Notes: generated by a model from the letters alone, not told the origin. A stretch of 62,290 nucleotides of DNA from a virus (IMGVR_UViG_3300005529_000038:1-62290); one strand, 5' to 3'; counted from the stretch's first letter, positions 1 through 7,965 are shown. Program-made: numbers and translations.

Positions 1-326
1 GACCATTGCTTTGCTCGACGCGCCACACCTATCCGGCCATCCCCCGCCCCTCCTGACGACGCCTTGCCCATCCGAGCGTTACCCGACCCGGCCGGCCGCT
101 CCCCGCCATGCCTTTGCAAAAACCGCCGGTCCATTCCTTGCCTGCCTTGCCTCGTCTCGCCGGGCCTGGACCTGGCTGTCATTCCTGGCCGCGCCAGCCC
201 GACCATGCCTTTGCACAAGCTGCCATGCCACACCGCACCGGAGCGCGGACTCGCCTCGCCTGCCACGCCGGGCCTCTCATGGCACGCCTAGCCAATCCGG
301 AGAGCGCCGCACCATTCCTGCCATGC
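1..326 (-). repeat. GG(Y)-NN pentamer array 1 (about 6 units, runs off the window edge), candidate guide ncRNA
   Basis: Minus strand reads ta-GGC-at-GGCA-GGA-at-GGT-gc-GGC-gc...GGC-ga-GGC-ga...GGT-gc-GGT-gt-GGC-at... with 5-nt periodicity and 4-nt GGCA/GGCC/GGCT phase breaks near 320, 261, 221, 196, 143, 94 and 35; no credible ORF. Confidence 0.85.
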
Positions 327-824
327 CTAAGCCGCCGGGCGATCGTCACGCGCGGCATCTTCAAATGCGCGTTCGGCTTCGACCGCGATGTCGAGCATCC
401 GCTCGAAATGCGATGCGAGGCCGAACACCTTTGCGAGTGATCGACCGCGTGACAATGCGCCCTTCACTCTGGAAAGTTCGTCTTCGAGTTGGGCCCGAGC
501 CGCGGCACCGCGCCGCGCGATGCGCATCGTTTCGATGTAGCCCGTCTCGTCTTGCGACTGATCCGCGACGTAGTAAGGCGCGCTGATTTTGACGTCCTCG
601 AAGACGATCTGCAGCCGCACTTCCTTGATCAACGATCGCGCGGTGTCGCGCCAATGGGCCTCAGCTGCTTTCTGAATGTCCCATTGGAAACAGCTGTGCA
701 GCACGCTCTTGGGGTTGCGGGCAGCCGCGACGACCGTGTCAGGATGGACGCGGCCACTGCGGTCTGCGCAGGCCTTGATGGCCTTCGCCCTCAATTCCAG
801 GAGTGTCGTTGCTTTCTTCGCCAT
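327..824 (-). CDS. Conserved phage protein, companion of the RAMP-like gene
   Basis: 165 aa, motif HPDTVVAAARNPKSVLHSCFQWD..AAEAHW...ARSLI; lies between the RAMP-like gene and array 1. Confidence 0.8.
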   Translation of the reverse strand: MAKKATTLLELRAKAIKACADRSGRVHPDTVVAAARNPKSVLHSCFQWDIQKAAEAHWRDTARSLIKEVRLQIVFEDVKISAPYYVADQSQDETGYIETMRIARRGAAARAQLEDELSRVKGALSRGRSLAKVFGLASHFERMLDIAVEAERAFEDAARDDRPAA

Positions 825-1458
825 GGTTCACCGTCTGAGAGTTTTGGCGCCGGCGCGATCACGCGAAACTGACCGTATGATCCGCCCTTCTGCGGGCGCC
901 AGTCACCGAGACCGACAATGATGCCGGCGGCGGCGAGCAGGTTCACGATCTGCGATTCCTTGATCAGCGATGCAACGAACCTAACCTCGACAGTGCAGCA
1001 CCACGACGGGAATATCGGCCGCGTGCGAACGTCTGGCGTGCGCGCCATGTCGCTCGATCGCACCATCGCCATGAACATTTCCGGCAGGCCGAAGACGTTG
1101 ACCTGCGTCGACGCGATCGACGTAAGCGCGACATCTGCGCTTTCGTCGCGCCGGGAATATCAACCGCGGCAGCGGCCAGCGCTTTGCCAAATGCGTTGCT
1201 CGGATAGTGAAACAGCGCGGGCTCGGCGTTCGATCTGTTCTGATACAAGGCCTCGACGAATTCGGCCTTCGGGTCATGCTTCAGCGATTCCGACTTTTCG
1301 GCGCTGTTCTTTTTGCCGCTCGGTAGCAACAATTCATGCCACGCTTTTGAAGCGAAACGATGCATGACGAGCGGACTTGTCCCGACCAGGTTTGCCCTGA
1401 TCGTACCCATTCGAATTTCCTGGATCTCGACTGCGGTCTCTTTTGCCTTCTTCACCAT
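791..1458 (-). CDS. Cas7/RAMP-like RNA-binding protein (Vipr-like), 1-nt frameshift near 1123-1127
   Basis: N-terminal beta strand NLVGTSPLVMH, internal YPSNAFGKAL and VRTRPIFPSW, and C-terminal glycine-rich loop AGIIVGLGDWRPQKGGSYGQFRV typical of RAMPs; joins ORFs 964..1713 and 791..1078; AGAGGAG RBS upstream of ATG 1458. Confidence 0.75.
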
Positions 1459-1528
1459 GACAACGAAAAACTCCTCTGTTGTTCGCATTTGGTTGAGATT
1501 ATCCGGCCCAACCTTCCGGTCTTTGAAA

Positions 1529-1595
1529 TGCCGGCCCTGCCATGCCATGCCCAGCGAGGCCTTACCGCTCCACATCAATCCGCGCCTGCCTCGCC
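1529..1595 (-). repeat. GG(Y)-NN pentamer array 2 (single unit of 10 pentamers)
   Basis: taa-GGC-ga-GGCA-GGC gc GGA tt GAT gt GGA gc GGT aa GGC ct CGC tg GGC at GGC at GGC ag-GGCC-GGC. Confidence 0.85.
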
Positions 1596-2924
1596 TTAAC
1601 TCTTGTCCGCGTCCCTGATCTCGCGCTGCTTCTCGGCCAGCCGCTCCTGCAACGCCTCGCGCGATTCGGAGGAGACGTTGCACTTGTTGCGCATCGTCTT
1701 CTCGCCGGACCATTGCTTGTCGCCAGCATCGGCGTCGACCAGCGCCTCGATCCAGCCTTGTGCGTGCTCGATATATTCGCGCTCATTGGCCGGAGCCCTG
1801 GGTGAGTCAGCCGGCTTGTCCTTCTCGGCTGTGGATGGCTTCGACTTGTCCACCGTTTCAACAGGCTTGGCCTTGTCGGCCGTCTTGCTGCCGGCATCGG
1901 CTTCTGTAGAAGTGGCCGGGCTCGCGGATGCTTTGCCTCCTGCATGCGTCCCGGCCTCCGAAGATTGCGCGGTCGTGGAGACCTCTTCGGCAGATTTCTT
2001 CGCTGACGAATTCGCCGCCTCGTCAGCGCTCGCGGCCTGGCCTTTGCCCGCCTCCCCGGCTGCGTTGGCCGGGCCGCTAGTCACCTCGCCAGTCGCTGGA
2101 TCGATGTGCTCGCCCTTCGGCGGGAAGCAATCATCGGCTGTTGCCATGCCGTCGGCGATGGCCTTGCCCATCGCGATGATCTTGGCAATGTCGGGCGCCA
2201 GCCAGTCCTTGCGCGCGCGGCCGAGCACAGCCTCGGCGCGGCTCACGTCGACGCCGATATTGGCAAGGCTCGCCGCGATCCTCTCGCGCCACTTCGCAAG
2301 GTCTTTGCCGATCTTCTCGACCAGCGAGTTCTTGGCCTGGTCGAACGCGTAGTCGGCGAAGGTCTGCAAGCTGTTGACGACGACGTTGCGGACGGCTTTC
2401 GAAACGCCGATCTGGAACGCAATGTCGAGCCGGCGCGCGTCGTCCGTGCCGCCCATCTTCGAACCGCCCTTGTTCTGTTGGAACGGGCGGGTCAGCGCAT
2501 AGCCGCTTTCGTAGTCGATGAACCTGGCATAGATCAACCAGCTCGGCCCGAGATCGATGACGCGGGTATCGATCTCGCAATTGCCATAGATGCGCGCGAG
2601 GTCATTGGCGAGCTTGATCGACGGGCCTTCGATGAAGTCCTGCACCCACTCGTCTTTGCCGGTCTCCTTGTTCTTGATCTTTTTGCGCACCGGGAATCGA
2701 TAGTACCAATCATCGCCGGCGGCGGCACCGAGCGCGGCGAGCTTCTGCAGCACGCGCTGTTCATCGCGGTAAATCGCGACCTTCTGCGCGCCGAACATGC
2801 GGTCGACACCGCCGGACGACATTGGCATGACCTGCAAGCCGTTGTCCTCGCGCGGCGCGGCTTGTGCGAAGGCATCGAGCGCACTGCGCCTGGACTCGCG
2901 TTCATCGTGGTCGATCGTGCTCAT
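1596..2924 (-). CDS. Putative single-strand annealing/recombination protein with low-complexity C-terminus
   Basis: Motifs EGPSIKLANDLARIYGN and IGVSKAVRNVV; same operon as the YqaJ exonuclease; GGAGAG RBS before ATG 2924. Confidence 0.55.
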   Translation of the reverse strand: MSTIDHDERESRRSALDAFAQAAPREDNGLQVMPMSSGGVDRMFGAQKVAIYRDEQRVLQKLAALGAAAGDDWYYRFPVRKKIKNKETGKDEWVQDFIEGPSIKLANDLARIYGNCEIDTRVIDLGPSWLIYARFIDYESGYALTRPFQQNKGGSKMGGTDDARRLDIAFQIGVSKAVRNVVVNSLQTFADYAFDQAKNSLVEKIGKDLAKWRERIAASLANIGVDVSRAEAVLGRARKDWLAPDIAKIIAMGKAIADGMATADDCFPPKGEHIDPATGEVTSGPANAAGEAGKGQAASADEAANSSAKKSAEEVSTTAQSSEAGTHAGGKASASPATSTEADAGSKTADKAKPVETVDKSKPSTAEKDKPADSPRAPANEREYIEHAQGWIEALVDADAGDKQWSGEKTMRNKCNVSSESREALQERLAEKQREIRDADKS

Positions 2925-2932
2925 GGTCTCTC

Positions 2933-3712
2933 CTATTTGCGCCAGCGCGCTTTGTCGGTTTCGAAGATGCGGGCGCCGGTGATGGAGTGGCGGCCGGATT
3001 TGACGTAGGCGCGGAGCGCCTTCTCGATATCGGCCGCGGCGAGGAACGGCCGCAGCGCCTCCAGGTCGATGATATTGAGGTCGACGCTGTCGAAGGTCCA
3101 TTCGGTCTGCAGGCCGGCGGTGCCGCCGGTGGTGCGGGTGTGCGCGAGCGATGCCATCGGTGCGGCGGCTTCGCGTTCCTTGGCATTGGCGAAGGCGGTC
3201 AGGGCGCTCGCCTGCGCATCGGCCTTGATCGCCTCGACCGCATGCACGATTCCTGGCGCGGTCTCCGTCTTGGCCTTGGCCTCCTCGGCCTTGCGCAGCG
3301 CTTCGGCGGCGGCCTCAGCTGCGGCCTTGGCCTGCGCTTCGCGCGCCAGCCGTTCGCGCTCGGCCTTCTTTTTCAGATACGCGGTCCCGACCTTGTCGAG
3401 CACGGCGGCGCGGGCCAATGCACGCTGCTGCAGGCCAACCTTGAAAAAGGATTGGATGATGTTGCCGGCATCGATAATGGGCCGCTTTTCATCTTCGCGG
3501 ATGCCGTCAGTTTTCTTCTCAAAGGCCTTGAGGTCGGTGATGGTCTTGGTGAGCAGCGCCAGATCCTCTTCGTCCTCGAGGACCGGCGGCGTCTCGATGG
3601 CCTCCAGCGCCGCCAGCTCGGTTTCGAGGTGGGCATAGTCGGCCTTGAGCGATTCCGCGGTGACGATCGGCGGTCGCTGGTTGTCCTTCGGCGTGATGGC
3701 GCGCTCAGTCAT
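2933..3712 (-). CDS. Coiled-coil phage protein of the recombination module
   Basis: 259 aa, Ala/Glu/Lys-rich helix, C-terminal ALRAYVKSG..ITGARIFE; translationally coupled to its neighbours. Confidence 0.7.
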   Translation of the reverse strand: MTERAITPKDNQRPPIVTAESLKADYAHLETELAALEAIETPPVLEDEEDLALLTKTITDLKAFEKKTDGIREDEKRPIIDAGNIIQSFFKVGLQQRALARAAVLDKVGTAYLKKKAERERLAREAQAKAAAEAAAEALRKAEEAKAKTETAPGIVHAVEAIKADAQASALTAFANAKEREAAAPMASLAHTRTTGGTAGLQTEWTFDSVDLNIIDLEALRPFLAAADIEKALRAYVKSGRHSITGARIFETDKARWRK

Positions 3713-4659
3713 TTCTTCAAGATCCTCATGACGCGGTGGCCGCCCGGCGGGACCACATAGCTGCCGCGCTCCTGGTAGCGGTGGGAGATCCTGCGGCCGC
3801 CGGCGATCGTGATGATGCTGGCCTCGCCGAAGGCGTCGGCGAGCACGGTCTTGGCCTGCGCCTCCGCCTTCTCGGCTTCTTTCTTCATCTGGCGGGCGGC
3901 CTCGAGCTGATCGACCCAGCCAGGCAATTCGTTGTTGGCCGACAGATCAAGCTCGATGCCATTGTCGCGCGGATAGAGCGCCTTGATGATCTCGCCGTCG
4001 CGCTCGCTGTCGACCGGCGGCTGCAAGCCGGTGTCGAGATAGTTGGTGCGGAACGCCGCGACGCGCTCGCAAATCTTCTCCCAGGCCGCTTCGTTGCGCT
4101 CGAGATAGAACGGCTCGAGCGTCCACTTGAAGGCGTCGACCACCAGCGCGGCGATCAGGCCGCGGGCGCCGTCGGCGAGCATCGTCTCGGTCAAGGTCTG
4201 AAGCTGGTAGGCGAGCGGAGCGACGACAGGGCTGGCTTTGTCGCCGGGGTCCGCTCGCCAATGCAGGTCAAAGAACGGGCGTGACACCACCTTGGCCTGC
4301 ACGATCGTGATGCCGGGCAAACCGGGAATGATCGCGGCGCCGTCCGGCGTCGCGCCGATCCGCTTCTCAACATCACGGAAATAAACCTTGGCGCGGCGCA
4401 CCTCCCAATCCGGATAAAGATCCTCGATTGCGGAGAACACGGCCGCCTCGCCCCAGAGCCCGCGGCGCATCGCGTCGGTGGTCTCCTGCTGCGGCAGCTT
4501 GCCAAGCTTCTCGGCCCAGACCCGCACCGCGGTGTGGCCGTCGAAGATCGATTCGCCGCAGACGGCAGAGACGTCGGAGGCGGTGACGTCCTGCATGCGC
4601 AGCGCGAGCCAGGTCTCGCGGTCGCGCGCCGGGTCGATGGAAATGCGCTGGATCGTCAT
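3709..4659 (-). CDS. YqaJ-like viral recombinase / lambda-exonuclease family
   Basis: WLALRMQDVTASDV, MRRGLWGEAAV, IGATPDG, QAK and YQLQ motifs. Confidence 0.85.
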   Translation of the reverse strand: MTIQRISIDPARDRETWLALRMQDVTASDVSAVCGESIFDGHTAVRVWAEKLGKLPQQETTDAMRRGLWGEAAVFSAIEDLYPDWEVRRAKVYFRDVEKRIGATPDGAAIIPGLPGITIVQAKVVSRPFFDLHWRADPGDKASPVVAPLAYQLQTLTETMLADGARGLIAALVVDAFKWTLEPFYLERNEAAWEKICERVAAFRTNYLDTGLQPPVDSERDGEIIKALYPRDNGIELDLSANNELPGWVDQLEAARQMKKEAEKAEAQAKTVLADAFGEASIITIAGGRRISHRYQERGSYVVPPGGHRVMRILKK

Positions 4660-5009
4660 CAGTCTGGCACCTTCGGGTTGGGGTGGTTGCCGCCAGCCCG
4701 CAGCGCCAACCGAGAGACCTCAGCGGCATACTCGATATCGTGCTCTTGCGCCTTGGATGCGTAGTGAGCGAGCGCGTGACCGGCATTCCGATCGCGCAGG
4801 CGCATGACGAAAAACTCAGTGTCGATAGTGTCGCCCCAATCGATCACGCCAGCGCGCTCGAGCAGCGCGACCGCGTCATGGATTGCCTGGAGATCGGGGA
4901 CGTCGCCGTCGCCGCCATCATAAAGCTTTTCGATCTCAGCGAGCCGGCGGTTCTTGATCAGGCCATATTTGCCGTGGCCGTCGGCGTTGAGGTTGCGATC
5001 TAGTTTCAT
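4659..5009 (-). CDS. Hypothetical phage protein
   Basis: 116 aa, overlapping start/stop with neighbours, EFFVMRLRD..A..AL..YA. Confidence 0.7.
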   Translation of the reverse strand: MKLDRNLNADGHGKYGLIKNRRLAEIEKLYDGGDGDVPDLQAIHDAVALLERAGVIDWGDTIDTEFFVMRLRDRNAGHALAHYASKAQEHDIEYAAEVSRLALRAGGNHPNPKVPD

Positions 5010-5290
5010 CGGCTGTCGACCTCGACCTGCGGCCAGCGCTCGCCGGTGACGCGATAGACGCCGGTGATCTCTTTCTGGCCGGCGGCGTCCATCTGGCGTG
5101 CGAGGCTGACAGCCTCCGTCGCCTTGATGAACGCGATATGCGTCGGTCCAAGATAGACAGCGACCGCGTTTGGATCGTGCGGATTCTCTGGATCGCGGCG
5201 CAGCGTCAGCGCCGTGCCAGCACTGAGGGATGCAACAAGCCGCTCACTCTTGCGATGCTGCATCCCCACCAATGTTGCGAGCTGCCTCAT
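5006..5290 (-). CDS. HIRAN domain protein
   Basis: LVGMQHR...LTLRRDPENPHDPNAVAVY...HIAFI; AGGAGG RBS before ATG 5290. Confidence 0.85.
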   Translation of the reverse strand: MRQLATLVGMQHRKSERLVASLSAGTALTLRRDPENPHDPNAVAVYLGPTHIAFIKATEAVSLARQMDAAGQKEITGVYRVTGERWPQVEVDSR

Positions 5291-5360
5291 AGTGCCCCTC
5301 CTGGCCAAGCCCTTGCCATTGCCCGCCACGCCATCACGTTCCTAGCCATGCCGGCCTCGC
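5291..5360 (-). repeat. GG(Y)-NN pentamer array 3
   Basis: ta-GGC-ga-GGCC-GGC at GGC ta GGA ac GTG at GGC gt GGC...GGC aa...GGC ca GGA gg GGC ac; starts at the stop codon of the upstream gene. Confidence 0.75.
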
Positions 5361-5576
5361 CTAATCATCTTCCGACTCCGGTTCCTCGAAGGTTTGCAGT
5401 CCCCACCACTTGCTCATGCAGGCCGTGCAGAATTGCGCGGCATGCTTGTCGTTGAACAGGATCAGCGGCACTTCGCGCTCGCCGATCGACGTGAAGCAGT
5501 AGGAGCACAGCGCCGATTGCGTTGGGCTCCAGGCCACGCGGCTCCAATCGAAGCCGGGTTTTGGCTTGAGCGTCAT
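5361..5576 (-). CDS. Small Zn-finger-like protein
   Basis: CSYC...CTAC; ATGA overlap with the upstream gene. Confidence 0.65.
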   Translation of the reverse strand: MTLKPKPGFDWSRVAWSPTQSALCSYCFTSIGEREVPLILFNDKHAAQFCTACMSKWWGLQTFEEPESEDD

Positions 5577-5848
5577 GCGGTGACCAGATCGTACGCCTTG
5601 GCGAATTCGGCCTCGACGCAAAACGCCATCTGACTGAGCTGGTGGGCCAGGGCGTGAAGATCGCCGTTAAGCTTGATCACCTCATCATGCCGGCGCATCG
5701 CCCGTGCGACCTTGACGGCGCGGCTGATCTCGACCGCCTTGAGCAGCGCAATGTCGATCTCGACCTGGAGGTAAATGGTCCGGCTGTATTCGTCCGGCTG
5801 TTCCAAAACTGAAACTGCTGTGCGCAAGAAATCTGCCACCACGCGCAT
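5573..5848 (-). CDS. Hypothetical protein, first gene of the leftward operon
   Basis: GGAG RBS; directly downstream of the leftward promoter. Confidence 0.55.
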   Translation of the reverse strand: MRVVADFLRTAVSVLEQPDEYSRTIYLQVEIDIALLKAVEISRAVKVARAMRRHDEVIKLNGDLHALAHQLSQMAFCVEAEFAKAYDLVTA

Positions 5849-5869
5849 CTGAAACACTCCTGAGTTGCG

Positions 5870-5985
5870 TTAACGATATGCATGGGGAATTACCCAAGTC
5901 AACCCGGATTACACCAAATAAAATTTAAGTGGAACACCGTGCAAGTCACGGTTGACAAAATGGGTAATTTCCCATCCATCATTCG
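5870..5985. promoter_or_regulatory. Divergent promoters with two inverted operator copies
   Basis: TTGACA at 5952 (+) and TTGACT at 5897-5902 (-); TGGGGAATTACCCA (5883-5896) and TGGGTAATTTCCCA (5961-5974) are 13/14 inverted copies lying in the promoter spacers. Confidence 0.7.
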
Positions 5986-5987
5986 GC

Positions 5988-6227
5988 ATGGTCAACATCG
6001 AGCAATTTTTCCAACTGGTCGAGCGCTACGCGGCCGTTAAGGGTCTGTCGGAGTCGACAGTCTCTCTGCGGCTGTTCAACGACGGCCAGCGACTGAAGAT
6101 CATGCGCGATGGTGGCGATCTCGGCCTGAGAAAGACGGCAGCTGCGGTGCAGCAAATGTCCGACGACTGGCCGGAGGGCGTCGCTTGGCCGAAGGGCATC
6201 AAGCGACCGAGGACGAAGGTGCAGTAG
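5988..6227 (+). CDS. Cro-like HTH regulator
   Basis: 79 aa, GLSESTVSLRLFNDG..L, C-terminal WPEGVAWP; first gene after the rightward promoter. Confidence 0.7.
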   Translation: MVNIEQFFQLVERYAAVKGLSESTVSLRLFNDGQRLKIMRDGGDLGLRKTAAAVQQMSDDWPEGVAWPKGIKRPRTKVQ

Positions 6228-6354
6228 AGGTTGGGGAGTATCGCGGCCGGCATCACCGCCGCGAGGCATCCACGGAACAAGGATTTTCGACAGCCCCGCT
6301 GATGCCGGCGCGGGCCACGGATTTTTATTGCGTTTGGAATTGGAAGGTTTGGAA

Positions 6355-6852
6355 ATGCCGGAAGGCGATTGGACAGATTCGCGCATCAGGCTTCTCAGGC
6401 AGCTGATCGAAGCTGGCGCATCGGCCGGGCAGGCGCGCGATCAGATCAACGCGGCGATGGGCACTTCGTTTTCCCGTAACGCGGTCATCGGCAAGATGAG
6501 GCGGCTCGGCATCGTCTCGCAAAACAAGTGGGGCAAGCAGCCGGCGGACACCGTCAAGCTGAAACAGCCGAAAGAGTCCAAGCGCACCATCACCGTCCGC
6601 CACGCCGTGCCATCGCAGTCGCCCAAGCTGCCGGCGATGAAGGCCGCGCCGCCCCCGCAGGAAGTGATCAAGCCGTTCAAGCTACGCGAGCTTTACGGCG
6701 TCGCGGCCGAGCGCTGCACCTACACCGATGATTGCGATGAGCCGCCGGTCAGGGGCCGGTTCTACTGCGAAGCGCATTGCATGATCGTCTATCGGCCGCC
6801 GACGCAGCCGAGACAACCGCAACGTCCCCACCACCGTCCAACCAGGAGATGA
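6355..6852 (+). CDS. GcrA-family cell-cycle regulator-like protein
   Basis: WTDSRIRLLRQL..G.SA....SRNAVIGKMRRLG and C-terminal YCEAHC..VY. Confidence 0.8.
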   Translation: MPEGDWTDSRIRLLRQLIEAGASAGQARDQINAAMGTSFSRNAVIGKMRRLGIVSQNKWGKQPADTVKLKQPKESKRTITVRHAVPSQSPKLPAMKAAPPPQEVIKPFKLRELYGVAAERCTYTDDCDEPPVRGRFYCEAHCMIVYRPPTQPRQPQRPHHRPTRR

Positions 6853-6856
6853 CGAC

Positions 6857-7387
6857 ATGGCGAAAGCCAATGGCGAAGCTGCGACCGGGCCGCAACTGTC
6901 GAACGAAATGAACGACGACCAGCGCCACAAGCTGACGTCGGACTACTGCACGCGCTATGAGGCCGCGCTCGCGGCCAAGAAAGCGGCCGACAAGGCGATC
7001 AAGGATATCGGCAAGCTGGTGAAGGCCGATCTCGGCAAGAACGGCATGCGCGACATCCGCGACATGATCGAATTGCGAGATCCTGAGGGCGAGGCCCGCA
7101 TCAAGGAAGAGATGGAGGCGCGCGCCCGCGTGCTGCGCTGGATGAACGTCCCGATGCATACGCAGACGGAGCTGTTCCCCGACGTCGATCGCCGGCCGAT
7201 CACCGAGAAGGCTTTCGGCGACGGCAAGAAAGCCGGCATCTCCGGCGCTCCGCACGCCAACCCGTACCACCCGACCAACGACGGGCACGATGCCTGGAAC
7301 AAGGGCTACATCGCCGGCCAGGACGTCAACCTCGCCAAGATCAAGCCGATCGACACCGAGGCCGCGGCCGATAGCCTGGCGAGCTGA
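6857..7387 (+). CDS. Hypothetical protein, GapR-like N-terminal helices plus RMF-like C-terminal motif
   Basis: IKDIGKLVKADLG...IRDMIELR; AFGDGKKAG...NPY...AWNKGYIAG. Confidence 0.5.
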   Translation: MAKANGEAATGPQLSNEMNDDQRHKLTSDYCTRYEAALAAKKAADKAIKDIGKLVKADLGKNGMRDIRDMIELRDPEGEARIKEEMEARARVLRWMNVPMHTQTELFPDVDRRPITEKAFGDGKKAGISGAPHANPYHPTNDGHDAWNKGYIAGQDVNLAKIKPIDTEAAADSLAS

Positions 7388-7389
7388 TC

Positions 7390-7944
7390 ATGCTGCTCGA
7401 GCGCGGTGAAGTCTGGGCCATCGATCTGTCATCGCGGAGCGCCGGGTTCGCCTATGGCGTGCCCGGCGACAAGCCGCGGCTGTGGACCGTCGACTTCATG
7501 CGCGACGGTGACCTGCATGACTTCTACGCCAACCTGACCGCCTATGCCGCGACGTTCCTGCGCGACAATCCGGTCAAGCTCGCCGCCATCGAGGAGCCGG
7601 TCGCGCCGGCGGCGGCGATGGGCCACACCAACCACAACACGACGATGATGACGATCCCGGGTTTTGCAATCGTCGTCGGCGTCGTGAAGTGTAAGAAAAT
7701 TCCGTATCAGCCGGTCCGCGTCGAGACGTGGCGCAAGCACTTCATCGGCACGGGCCGGCTCACGCACATCAAGAAGGCCGCCGAACGGCGGAAGGAAGGG
7801 AAGCGGCTCGCTGTGCAGCGCTGTCGTCAACTCGGCTGGAAGGTCGAGAACGACGACGAAGCGGACGCAGCGGGAATTTGGGATTGGGCAGGGGCTACGC
7901 ATATGGGCGCGCGGCAGGCGCGCCTGCAAATGTTTGGCAATTGA
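7390..7944 (+). CDS. RuvC-like Holliday junction resolvase
   Basis: WAIDLS..G, AAIEEP, WRKHFIG, DDEADA acidic motifs. Confidence 0.8.
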   Translation: MLLERGEVWAIDLSSRSAGFAYGVPGDKPRLWTVDFMRDGDLHDFYANLTAYAATFLRDNPVKLAAIEEPVAPAAAMGHTNHNTTMMTIPGFAIVVGVVKCKKIPYQPVRVETWRKHFIGTGRLTHIKKAAERRKEGKRLAVQRCRQLGWKVENDDEADAAGIWDWAGATHMGARQARLQMFGN

Positions 7945-7965
7945 AAAACGAGGGGGAAGCATACC

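Noticed and set aside
270-295. NN series TA-GT-AT in the first unit of array 1 resembles the operator half-site TACGTCAT under a skip-one reading
   Set aside because: Only three dinucleotides match and the flanking ones do not, so this is compatible with chance
1-326. Canonical CRISPR array or protein-coding ORFs (11..586, 64..291, 108..440, 179..364)
   Set aside because: There are no 23-47-bp identical repeats with spacers; the ORFs are low-complexity by-products of the 5-nt periodicity
1459-1713. N-terminal extension of the RAMP-like ORF given in the ORF track
   Set aside because: It runs through array 2 and the upstream gene; a good RBS supports ATG 1458
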